From an uncultured Gammaproteobacteria bacterium (GTDB lineage Bacteria; Pseudomonadota; Gammaproteobacteria; HK1): 64,000 bases of DNA. Below are positions 10,222 to 18,492 of this stretch, piece after piece. The stretch covers positions 5,515,664-5,579,663 of the forward strand of contig OY282353.1 of NCBI GenBank assembly GCA_958295465.1. The letters are read 5' to 3'. Every line of letters begins with the position of its first letter. Within the stretch, counting starts at the first letter, position 1. A model generated the notes under the pieces. It was given only the letters and a program-made list of their open reading frames with translations, searched no databases and had not been told where the DNA came from. Made by a program: the position numbers and the translations under genes.

Positions 10222-10432
10222 GCGGCGGCGGATGGCGGGCGAGAAATGACCCGGGATCGCGTTCCGCCTGCTCCGCCTCGCTCGGCAGGTCCAGCGTGAC
10301 GTAGGCATGATCCGGGAACAACCGGCGCACCAGGCTCGTCTTCCCGGTCTGGCGCGCACCGGTCAGGACGACGACCGGGCGGGTCGCAGCCCTCCGAAGG
10401 AACAGGGGTTCTATTTGTCGATCAATCCACAT
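10170..10432 (-). pseudogene. N-terminal fragment of an AAA ATPase (DUF4143-type)
   Basis: MWIDRQIEPLFLRR..VVVLTGARQTGKTSLVRRLFPDH..LIVDEVQYAPGLFRHLKV shows Walker A and B. The frame then runs into the cobN 3' end and family similarity is lost. Confidence 0.55.
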
Positions 10433-10750
10433 GCTGCAAATTCTACGATCTCATCGAAGAATTTGTACGATGGCATCCGGAAGACATCCTGCGTCTCCTC
10501 GGATGCCTGCCGCCACCAGCGCTGCGTCCAACTCGAAGCCTCCGCATGGCGGGCTGCGGTCGAGACCCAGCGGTTCGATCGGGCCGGTGGCCCGGGGGCG
10601 TCCTCATGGCGCATGGCCGGCTCCGGCGCCCGGCGCACGGGCTCCCGCCCCGCCGGGCCCCGGATGCCCTGTTTCGTCGTTGCTGTTGATCTGGCAGCGA
10701 GATTCGACGAACAATGACGGACAGTGCCGTATGTCTGGAAGGTCCGGATT

Positions 10751-10802
10751 GGGAATCCTGGTTCGAGGGTCGCATTTCAGCCGAGCCGCGACCCGGATTC
10801 CC
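10751..10802 (+). promoter_or_regulatory. Nested stem-loop in the 5' leader of the TRAP operon
   Basis: GGGAATCC(10751-58)...GGGTCGC(10767-73)...GCGACCC(10788-94)GGATTCCC(10795-802). It lies 84 nt upstream of the dctP start. Function is unknown. Confidence 0.3.
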
Positions 10803-10885
10803 GAATGCGGGTCCACGTGGCGCTGGCGCTTGCCGCGGCAGGTGGATGCACGACCCGTTCACTCGTCATCCGAAGGAGGAGACCG

Positions 10886-12019
10886 ATGAAGCAGAAAATC
10901 AAACAGCAGGACAAGCACGGCATGAAGCGTCGCGGCTTCCTGAAGAAAGCCGCGGTCGGCGCCACCGGTGTCGCCGCCGCGACCGTCGCGGCGCCCGCAA
11001 TCTCGCAGGGCCGCCAGGAGATCGTCATGGTGAGCACGTGGCCGCGGGACTTTCCGGCCCTCGGCACCAACGCGCAACGCTTCGCTCGGCGGCTCACCGA
11101 CATGACCGACGGCCGGATGAACGTGCAGTACTTCGCCTCCGGCGAGCGGGTCAAGGCGTTCGACTCGTTCGACGAGGTGGCGTCCGGGAACGCGCACATC
11201 TATCACGCGGCCGAGTACTACTGGAAAGGCAAGCATCCCGGCTTCGCCTACTTCGCCTCGGTGCCGTTCGGCATGATCGCCCCCGAGTGCGACGCCTGGA
11301 TCCGTTGGATGGGCGGCCAGGAGCTCTGGGACGAGCTCGGGGCCGAGTTCGGCGTCAAGGGCTTCGTCGGCGGAACCTCCGGGGTGCAGATGGGCGGCTG
11401 GTTCAGGAAGGAAATGAACTCCGCCGACGACTTCAAGGGGCTCAAGTTCCGTATCCCCGGTCTGGGCGGCGACGTTCTCGCGAAGATGGGCGCCTCTCCG
11501 GTCTCGCTTCCGGGCGGCCAGATCTACGAGAACCTGGTCTCCGGCGCCATCGACGGCACGGAGTGGGCGGGGCCCCTGATGGACAGCATCATGAAGTTCT
11601 GGGAGGTGGCCAAGTACTACTACTATCCCGGCCTGCACGAGCCCGGCACCATCCTCGGCTTCGGCGTCAACAAGGCGTGGTACGACGGCCTGCCGAAATC
11701 CGACCAGCTCGTCATCGAGGCCTGCGCCGTCCAGACCCACTTCGAGCTCTTCTCCGAGGTGAACGCCAAGAACCCGGGGTGGCTCCAGAAGTTCATCACC
11801 GAGCAGGGCGTCGTGCTCAAGAAGTTCAACGAAGACATCATCGACGCCTTCGGGGAGGCGGCGGAAGAGGTCTTCGAAGAGACCCGCCAGCACAGCGATC
11901 TCGCGAGGAGGATCGACGACAACTTCCGCGAGTCGATGCGGGCCGTGGCAAGCTGGCTCTCGATCGCGGAGATCGAGTACTTCAAGCAGCGCAACCGCGT
12001 GCTCGGCATCGGCATCTGA
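10886..12019 (+). CDS. dctP: TRAP transporter substrate-binding protein (DctP family) with Tat-like signal
   Basis: GGAGGA RBS 6 nt upstream. MKQKIKQQDKHGMKRRGFLKKAAVGATGVAAATVAAPA signal peptide, and DctP-family body (WPRDFP, FRIPGLGG). Confidence 0.85.
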   Translation: MKQKIKQQDKHGMKRRGFLKKAAVGATGVAAATVAAPAISQGRQEIVMVSTWPRDFPALGTNAQRFARRLTDMTDGRMNVQYFASGERVKAFDSFDEVASGNAHIYHAAEYYWKGKHPGFAYFASVPFGMIAPECDAWIRWMGGQELWDELGAEFGVKGFVGGTSGVQMGGWFRKEMNSADDFKGLKFRIPGLGGDVLAKMGASPVSLPGGQIYENLVSGAIDGTEWAGPLMDSIMKFWEVAKYYYYPGLHEPGTILGFGVNKAWYDGLPKSDQLVIEACAVQTHFELFSEVNAKNPGWLQKFITEQGVVLKKFNEDIIDAFGEAAEEVFEETRQHSDLARRIDDNFRESMRAVASWLSIAEIEYFKQRNRVLGIGI

Positions 12020-12049
12020 GCCGCGCGGCGGCACGGCACTGGATTGAAG

Positions 12050-12108
12050 CTCCCGCGCCGGCGGGAGCGTGATCAACGGGGAGCCTCCGGATCGCCCGGT
12101 GGCTCCCC
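12050..12108 (+). terminator. Two intercistronic GC hairpins after dctP (possible attenuator or mRNA stabiliser)
   Basis: CTCCCGC-gccg-GCGGGAG (12050-67) and GGGGAGCC-15 nt-GGCTCCCC (12078-108) followed by gtcctttc. The U-tract is weak, so this is not a classical terminator. Confidence 0.35.
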
Positions 12109-12142
12109 GTCCTTTCAAGTGCCGTATTCATGACCAGGATGG

Positions 12143-12162
12143 ATTCCCGCTTTCGCGGGAAT
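12143..12162. repeat. REP-like palindrome ATTCCCGC-TTTC-GCGGGAAT
   Basis: 8-bp perfect stem, followed by a half-site copy (gctcgggaatgcc). It is the same motif family as 6321-6340. Confidence 0.55.
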
Positions 12163-12206
12163 GACCGCTTGCTCGGGAATGCCGGCGGAGAATCGGACTT
12201 GCTACG

Positions 12207-13313
12207 ATGACGTCTACCGCAGTGACGGCGGCGAATCCCAGGGCCGCCCCCACCGCGCCGGCGGCGCCCACGGCGGTGGACCTCGTCGAGGTCCTGTCCC
12301 GCATCCTCGCCGGGGCCGTGGTGTGCATCACCCTGGCCTTCACCGTCAACTTCTTCCTGAGCTTCACGTGGGGCTGGCCCGGCCTCCCCGCGCTGTTCTC
12401 CCACGCCGGCTGGTTCGGCTTCGCGCCGCTTCGCAACCCGCTCGATGACGCCCAGGTCCTCAAGGGCTGGACCCAGGTGGCGATCTACGCGGTACCGGTC
12501 GTATCCCTCGTCGTGTGGGTCGCGTCGACGAGGAGTCGCCCGCTCCAGGCCGGGGCGGACGCCTATTCCGCGCTCGCCGCCTTCATCGTGCGCGCCGCCT
12601 TCTGGTCGATGTTCCTGATCGGTATCGCCGATGCGGTGCTTTCCTTCTTGCGGGTGGAGGGTTTCCTGCCCCTGTTCGTCGGCGACGACATGACGATCAA
12701 GCTCGGGTTGTCGAAGTTCCGCGGCCAGTACGTCCACCTTCCGCTGATGGCGCTGTCGTGCATCATCGCCCTCTTCACCCGCTCGCTGTCGATGATCTGG
12801 TTCGCGCTCCTCATCGTGCTGGCCGAGTTCCAGATCGTGATCACGCGCTTCATCTTCTCCTACGAGCAGGCGTTCATGGGCGACCTCGTGCGCTTCTGGT
12901 ACGCCTCGCTGTTCCTGCTGGCGAGCGCCTACAGCCTGGTGGACGAAGGGCACGTCCGGGTGGACGTCTTCTATGCGCGGTTCAGCGAGAAGCGCAAGGC
13001 GTGGACCAACGCGCTCGGCTCCATGCTCCTCGGGGTGCCGTTGTGCTGGATCATCCTCACCATGGGGCTGTGGACGAAGGGGAGCAGCCTTGCGAGCCCG
13101 CTGCTCAACTTCGAGATCTCCCAGAGCGGGTTCGGGATGTACGTGAAGTACCTGATGGCGGGGCTCCTCGTCCTCTTCGCCCTGTCGATGGCCGCACAGT
13201 TCACCGCGTATTTCCTCGAAAGCGTGGCCGTGCTGAGACGAACCGAGGCCGGCCGCGTCGCGACGGCCGCGACGGCCACCGCACCCGCGACCGCCGCCCC
13301 GTCGCATCCGTAG
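12207..13313 (+). CDS. dctQ: TRAP transporter small permease (DctQ-like) with long N-terminal extension
   Basis: 368 aa and multi-TM. The C-terminal half has the DctQ signature region (LVDEGHVRVDVFYARFSEKRKAW). It sits between dctP and dctM. Confidence 0.7.
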   Translation: MTSTAVTAANPRAAPTAPAAPTAVDLVEVLSRILAGAVVCITLAFTVNFFLSFTWGWPGLPALFSHAGWFGFAPLRNPLDDAQVLKGWTQVAIYAVPVVSLVVWVASTRSRPLQAGADAYSALAAFIVRAAFWSMFLIGIADAVLSFLRVEGFLPLFVGDDMTIKLGLSKFRGQYVHLPLMALSCIIALFTRSLSMIWFALLIVLAEFQIVITRFIFSYEQAFMGDLVRFWYASLFLLASAYSLVDEGHVRVDVFYARFSEKRKAWTNALGSMLLGVPLCWIILTMGLWTKGSSLASPLLNFEISQSGFGMYVKYLMAGLLVLFALSMAAQFTAYFLESVAVLRRTEAGRVATAATATAPATAAPSHP

Positions 13314-13323
13314 GGCGATCCCC

Positions 13324-15987
13324 ATGGAGCTCGTCTTTCTCGTCGTCCTCATCCTGCTCATGGTGTTCGCGCTCATGTCCGGCTTTCCGGTCGGATTCGC
13401 GCTTCCGGGGTCCGCCATCCTGTCCATCGGCGCCGCCGCGCTCTGCGGCTGGCTGTTCGCGGACGACGCCAGCGCCTACTTCGCGCACGGCGGTCCCCGC
13501 GAGTGGCTGAGCGCCGGGGTCACGAACTTCCGCAGCCTGTACTGGGTGGTCGAACGCGACACCCTCATCGCGGTCCCCCTCTTCGTGTTCATGGGGATCA
13601 TGTTGCAGCGCTCCCGGATCGCCGAGGACCTGCTGGTGGCGATGGCGCGGATGTTCGGGCCGATACCGGGGGGGCTGGGGATCTCGGTGGTCTTCGTGGG
13701 TGCGCTGCTCGCCGCCACCACCGGCATCGTGGGCGCGACGGTCATCGCGATGGGCCTCATCTCGCTCCCCGCGATGCTGCGCAACAACTACTCCAGGCCG
13801 CTCGCGACGGGGACGATCTGCGCCTCGGGGACGCTGGGCCAGATCATTCCGCCGTCGGTCGTTCTCATCATCCTCGCCGACCAGCTCGCAAGCGCGGCGG
13901 ACATCGCCAGCACCACGCGAAAGGCCGAGTACAGGGCGGCGACCGGCGAGATCACCATGCCGTCGGAGTTCGACGTGGTCTCCGCCAGCGCCGGCGACAT
14001 GTTCATGGGCGCGTTCATTCCCGGGCTCATTCTGGTGGCCATCTACATGGCCTACATCCTCGTCCACGCCCTCCTCGACCCGAAGAGCGCGCCTCCGGTG
14101 CGATACGACGGGCGAATGGACACGCGATTCTTCCTCGGCGTGGTGCTGGCGCTGGTGCCGCCGCTCGTCCTCATCCTGGCGGTGCTCGGCTCCATCCTCA
14201 CCGGCATCGCCACCGTGAACCAGGCCGGCGCGATCGGCGCGATAGGGGCCATGATCATGGGCGGGTACCGCCTCACCGCCGGCCGGCGCAGCGCGTTCCT
14301 GCCCTCGATCATCGCGATCGTCTCCATCGTCGAAATCCTGGTCGTGCTCGCGTTCTACGACATCAACGTCAAGAGCATCGGCAGTGCGGAAGACGTGCGT
14401 GGCGTCGCGCTGGCCCTGGTGGGCACCGTCGGACTGCTCGTCGCCGTCTTCTGGAGCCTGTGGCGGGCCCATGCCATCGGGGACACCCTCAAGGGGGTGA
14501 TGCTCGAGACCGCGAAGACCACCTCGATGGTCTTCATCATCCTGATCGGCGCCGCCATGCTGACCTCCGCGTTCCGCGCCTTCGGCGGCGAGGATCTGGT
14601 GCGCGAGTACCTCACCAGCCTGCCCGGGGGGTTCTGGACGCAGTTCATCGTGGTCATGGCGGTGATCTTCCTGCTCGGGTTCTTCCTCGACTTCATCGAG
14701 ATCGCGGTCGTCGTCATCCCCATCGTCGCCCCGATCCTGCTGGTGGATCCGGGCGCAAACATCACCGCGGTGTGGTTCGGGGTGATGGTGGGGCTCAACA
14801 TCCAGACCTCGTTCCTTACCCCACCGTTCGGATTCGCCTTGTTCTACCTGCGCGGAGTGGCGCCCGCCATCGTCAAGACCCTGGAGATCTACCGCGGCGC
14901 GGCGGTCTTCATCGTCCTGCAGCTCATCGGCCTCGCCATTGCCGGCACGTTCCCGAGCCTGGTCAACTATCTGCCGAACCGCGTGTACCTCGGCTCGGAG
15001 ACCGCGCCCCCGCCGATGAACCCGAAGCTTCAGCACTGCCTCGAAGAGTACATCTTCGCCCAATACGACGAGAACGGCGACGCACTTCGTGTCCACATCG
15101 ATCGGGCCGCGGCCATGGACGCCGGTTTCCTGCCGGACGCCATGCGCCAGAAGTACGAGGGCAGCTTCGAGCTCGCGCGGGCGGCCATCGGGCGGGCGCA
15201 GACGGTGCGCGACGCGGATGCGGCGACGCAGGCATATCTGCCTGAATATCAGCCGCTGCACGTGGAGGTGCGACGGAAGCAGTCGGATCTGCGCAAGCTC
15301 CGGATTCGTCTGGACCGGCTGGAGCGGGATCGCTCGCGGCTCGTCCGCGATGAGACCGCGAGTGATGCTGAACGCAGGCAGGTGGCGCGGGAGATCGCGG
15401 AAGTGGAGGCGGAGATGGCCGCGATCGAGGCGAGCATCCCGGCGGCCTGGGAGGGCGCGAGATCGCGTTACGTCGAGCTCCTGGACGCCCAGAAGAAGGC
15501 CCGCCGCGAGTATCGGCAGAGCGTGGACGAGGCGTACCAGACCATCGCGGATCTGCGGGTGCTGATCGCGGACGTGGACGCACTGCGGGCGTTCGAGCCG
15601 ACGCTTTCGAACCTCGAAGGCGTGGTCGCAAACGAACCGCCCGAGCAGGCGATGGACGTCATCAAGGCGGCGGAGCGCGAGCTTGGCAAGGTGGCGGGGA
15701 GCGGCCGGGTCAAGGGGAGGTTGTCCAAGGCCCGCCGGGCGTTGCGCGGCAACTCACCGGATCCGGAGAAGGCCGCGGGGTTCCTGGCCGAGGCGCGCGA
15801 GCGCTATGCGGAGGAGGTCGCCTGGCGGACCCGCGCCGCGCAGGAGCTGATGCCGGGGCTTTCGGCCTACGACGACGCGATCCGGCACAGCATCGGCCTG
15901 CGCGTCCAGGAGCGGCTCACCAAGGACCAGGCGCGCCTAGTCGCGCAGTGCCAGTCGGTGCACCGCGACATCTCGCTGTACTTCTGA
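13324..15987 (+). CDS. dctM: TRAP transporter large permease (DctM) fused to a ~330-aa soluble, charged, helical C-terminal extension
   Basis: Residues 1-~553 are DctM-like ([40 protein letters not shown]). Residues ~555-887 have no TM segments and are rich in R/E/A/L. Confidence 0.85.
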   Translation: MELVFLVVLILLMVFALMSGFPVGFALPGSAILSIGAAALCGWLFADDASAYFAHGGPREWLSAGVTNFRSLYWVVERDTLIAVPLFVFMGIMLQRSRIAEDLLVAMARMFGPIPGGLGISVVFVGALLAATTGIVGATVIAMGLISLPAMLRNNYSRPLATGTICASGTLGQIIPPSVVLIILADQLASAADIASTTRKAEYRAATGEITMPSEFDVVSASAGDMFMGAFIPGLILVAIYMAYILVHALLDPKSAPPVRYDGRMDTRFFLGVVLALVPPLVLILAVLGSILTGIATVNQAGAIGAIGAMIMGGYRLTAGRRSAFLPSIIAIVSIVEILVVLAFYDINVKSIGSAEDVRGVALALVGTVGLLVAVFWSLWRAHAIGDTLKGVMLETAKTTSMVFIILIGAAMLTSAFRAFGGEDLVREYLTSLPGGFWTQFIVVMAVIFLLGFFLDFIEIAVVVIPIVAPILLVDPGANITAVWFGVMVGLNIQTSFLTPPFGFALFYLRGVAPAIVKTLEIYRGAAVFIVLQLIGLAIAGTFPSLVNYLPNRVYLGSETAPPPMNPKLQHCLEEYIFAQYDENGDALRVHIDRAAAMDAGFLPDAMRQKYEGSFELARAAIGRAQTVRDADAATQAYLPEYQPLHVEVRRKQSDLRKLRIRLDRLERDRSRLVRDETASDAERRQVAREIAEVEAEMAAIEASIPAAWEGARSRYVELLDAQKKARREYRQSVDEAYQTIADLRVLIADVDALRAFEPTLSNLEGVVANEPPEQAMDVIKAAERELGKVAGSGRVKGRLSKARRALRGNSPDPEKAAGFLAEARERYAEEVAWRTRAAQELMPGLSAYDDAIRHSIGLRVQERLTKDQARLVAQCQSVHRDISLYF
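15310..15987 (+). repeat. Direct repeat copy 1 (3' end of dctM)
   Basis: Colinear with 22238-22915 at a constant offset of 6928 nt. Positions 15406-15987 are near-identical (about 7 mismatches by eye). The first ~96 nt are much more diverged. Confidence 0.9.
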
Positions 15988-16219
15988 GCGGCCGCCGGAG
16001 GGCACCGCGCTGTGGTGCTTCCCGAGATTGGAACCTTCGTCGTACCCTCATCCTGTGCGCCGGGCGCACTATTCGCCCAGCCGGCAAATTGCTCCTCTCC
16101 ATGAACAGCAACAAAAAACTCGGAAGAGAACTCCAACATGCTCTCGCAACACTGAACGCCATTGCTTGACGTACACATGCGGCAGTTTATGCAACAATCG
16201 GGAGTACGTTCCAGTTCCA

Positions 16220-17819
16220 GTCTTGTCCAACGAGAGATGAGCCTGAAGGGAGGGTGTGAATCCAACGAGAAGTGAGCCTGTAGCGCGGGGTCTGGGATCA
16301 TCGGAGGATGATCGTGACGCTACAGACCGAACGGGTCCGGACGCTGGACCAGGTGCGTGCCTTCGTCGAGGGCAGCGAGGCGGTGGACTTCACGGGAGCC
16401 GACCGGGAGTCCGTCTACGAGTTCGTGCGCCGCACGCTGGTGCGGTTGAGCTATGAGAGATTGGGCAAGCCCGACAAGGGGCTGGTCAGGCGCTACTTGG
16501 CGAAGGTGACAGGGCTGTCGAGGGCGCAACTGACCCGGCTGATAGGCCAGCATCGCGAGACCGGGCGCATCGAGGACCGGCGCGGTGGCGCTCCGGCGTG
16601 CCCCTTCGAGCGGCGCTACACGCGGGCCGACATTCGGCAACTGGCGGCGGTGGACGCGGTGTTGGGCCAGATGTCGGGGCCGGCGACGCGGGCGCTGATG
16701 CGGCGTCAGTATGCGGTGTTCGGCGATGAGCGATTCGAGCGTTTGGCGGGGCTGTCGAACGGTCACTTGTACAATCTGCGCCGGTCGGTGACGTATCGGC
16801 GCCGGCGCACGGTGGTGGCCAAGACCCAGGCGACACACCGCACCATCGGGCAACGGCGCAAGCCCCAGCCTGACGGCCAACCCGGCTATGTGCGCGTCGA
16901 TACCGTGCACCAGGGCGACCAGGACGGCGCCAAGGGCGTCTACCACATCAACGCGGTCGATGAGGTGACCCAGTTCCAGTTCGTGGGGACCGTGGAGGCC
17001 ATCTCCGAGCGCTTCCTGCTGCCGGTGCTCGAAGGGCTCATCAAGGCGTTTCCCTTCGTGATTCAGGGCATTCACGCCGACAACGGTTCCGAGTACATCA
17101 ACCACCGCGTCGCCGCCCTGCTCAACAAGCTGCGCATCGGGACGTTCACCAAATCCCGCCCCCGCCACTGCAACGACAACGCCCTCGCCGAGAGCAAGAA
17201 CGCCAGCGTGGTGCGCAAGCACCTCGGCCACGGCCACATCCCGCGCCGTCTCGCACCTGTGGTCAACGAGTTCACCCAGCACGTGCTCTCGCCCTTCCTC
17301 AACACCCACCGCCCCTGCCTGTTCCCCGCCGACACACTCGACGACAAGGGGCGGGTCACGAAGCGCTACCGCGACAGCGACGTGATGACCCCCTACGACA
17401 AGCTCAAGTCCCTCGACAACGCCGAGCGCTTCCTCAACCCCGGCGTCACCTTCGACCAACTCGACGCCCTCGCCCACGCCGTCAGTGACCTCGAGGCCGC
17501 CCACGCGCTCAACGATGCCCGCGACGCCCTGTTCCGCACCATCGGGCGCGCTTGGCGCGACGCGGCCTGACCCTCCACACCACCCGCACAATCCACCGTC
17601 CGGCCTCATCCGGGCGGTGGCCCCCTCTGTTGCCACTCCACTCTCCCCAACGCCTCCCCTGTCCCATCGTCCCCCCCTCAGCACCCGAGCAGGGGACCGC
17701 TCAGGGCTTGCACAGGTCCTTCGTGCCCTTCAACATCCCCCTTCCATTCACTCACCCAACTCCGCCTACCGCTCCTTCTACCTCTCTCCCTTCAGGCTCA
17801 TCTTCGTATTGGAAAAGAC
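16220..17819 (+). mobile_element. IS element (~1.6 kb) with imperfect ~33-nt terminal inverted repeats
   Basis: Left end GTCTTGTCCAACGAGAGATGAGCCTGAAGGGAG (16220-52). Right end reverse-complement GTCTTTTCCAATACGAAGATGAGCCTGAAGGGAG (17786-819). A subterminal direct copy TCCAACGAGAAGTGAGCCTG lies at 16261-80. GTTCC is present just outside both ends and may be a target-site duplication. Confidence 0.6.
16308..17570 (+). CDS. DDE-type transposase / integrase-core (rve) protein
   Basis: 420 aa. The D..D(35)E pattern is visible (VRVDTVHQGD; GIHADNGSEY; 35 residues later AESKN). The N-terminal region looks helix-turn-helix-like. Placement in ISNCY/IS1202 is from memory only. Confidence 0.8.
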   Translation: MIVTLQTERVRTLDQVRAFVEGSEAVDFTGADRESVYEFVRRTLVRLSYERLGKPDKGLVRRYLAKVTGLSRAQLTRLIGQHRETGRIEDRRGGAPACPFERRYTRADIRQLAAVDAVLGQMSGPATRALMRRQYAVFGDERFERLAGLSNGHLYNLRRSVTYRRRRTVVAKTQATHRTIGQRRKPQPDGQPGYVRVDTVHQGDQDGAKGVYHINAVDEVTQFQFVGTVEAISERFLLPVLEGLIKAFPFVIQGIHADNGSEYINHRVAALLNKLRIGTFTKSRPRHCNDNALAESKNASVVRKHLGHGHIPRRLAPVVNEFTQHVLSPFLNTHRPCLFPADTLDDKGRVTKRYRDSDVMTPYDKLKSLDNAERFLNPGVTFDQLDALAHAVSDLEAAHALNDARDALFRTIGRAWRDAA

Positions 17820-17874
17820 TGTTCCGAAAGTCTTGGTTCCTGTCAGGGAGAAGACCGACGTCTGACCGACAGAT

Positions 17875-18492
17875 CTATACAATATATCTGCGTTTGAATA
17901 TTTGATCCATCTTCCCTACAAGTTTCTGGCGTTTTATCTCAATGGCTATGAAAGGATATCGTCTTTCCAGAAATTGCAAACGTACCCTTCCCTCTACATA
18001 TTCCATTATAATATCACAACGCTCTTGTACAAGATTATCGTCATCATTCAGCTTGAGAATATCTATTGTATCTGTTGCCCGTTGAGCATATTTCGATGGA
18101 ATGATACTACTTGCCTTTATCAGACAACTTGGGAAGTCCATTGTGAACCAATTCGGCTGTATAATGAAAGGATCCAATATGCTCTCGCTTTCACCTTTAC
18201 GGTTATTTATAATGATAGATGCCAGGCGGTAATTGGACCACTCATAAGCAAGATTGGGATGTTTGGATTTCGGTAAGAAATGATCCACGCTTCCCGGAGG
18301 AATCAGATAATTGCATGTATACGCGCAGACTCCGTTATACAAACGGTGGAGATCATCAATAATATCTTTCCAGTAGTTTCTGAATTGGCTTGCTTTGAGG
18401 GGAGCACCATATTGGCTTAGAAACATTCTTCCTTTCTGACGCACTTCCGGATCGAAATTATGAGGTTCTGATTTAAGTATAACAGGAATCAT
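17875..18492 (-). CDS. HNH-family nuclease, PtuB/TIGR02646-like
   Basis: Core CAYTCNYLIPPGSVDHFLPKSKHPNLAYEWSNYRLASIIINNRKG matches the C.YC...DHF.PKS....W.N...C..CN..K pattern. The ATG at 18492 overlaps the upstream stop (ATGA). The gene is AT-rich. Confidence 0.65.
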   Translation of the reverse strand: MIPVILKSEPHNFDPEVRQKGRMFLSQYGAPLKASQFRNYWKDIIDDLHRLYNGVCAYTCNYLIPPGSVDHFLPKSKHPNLAYEWSNYRLASIIINNRKGESESILDPFIIQPNWFTMDFPSCLIKASSIIPSKYAQRATDTIDILKLNDDDNLVQERCDIIMEYVEGRVRLQFLERRYPFIAIEIKRQKLVGKMDQIFKRRYIV

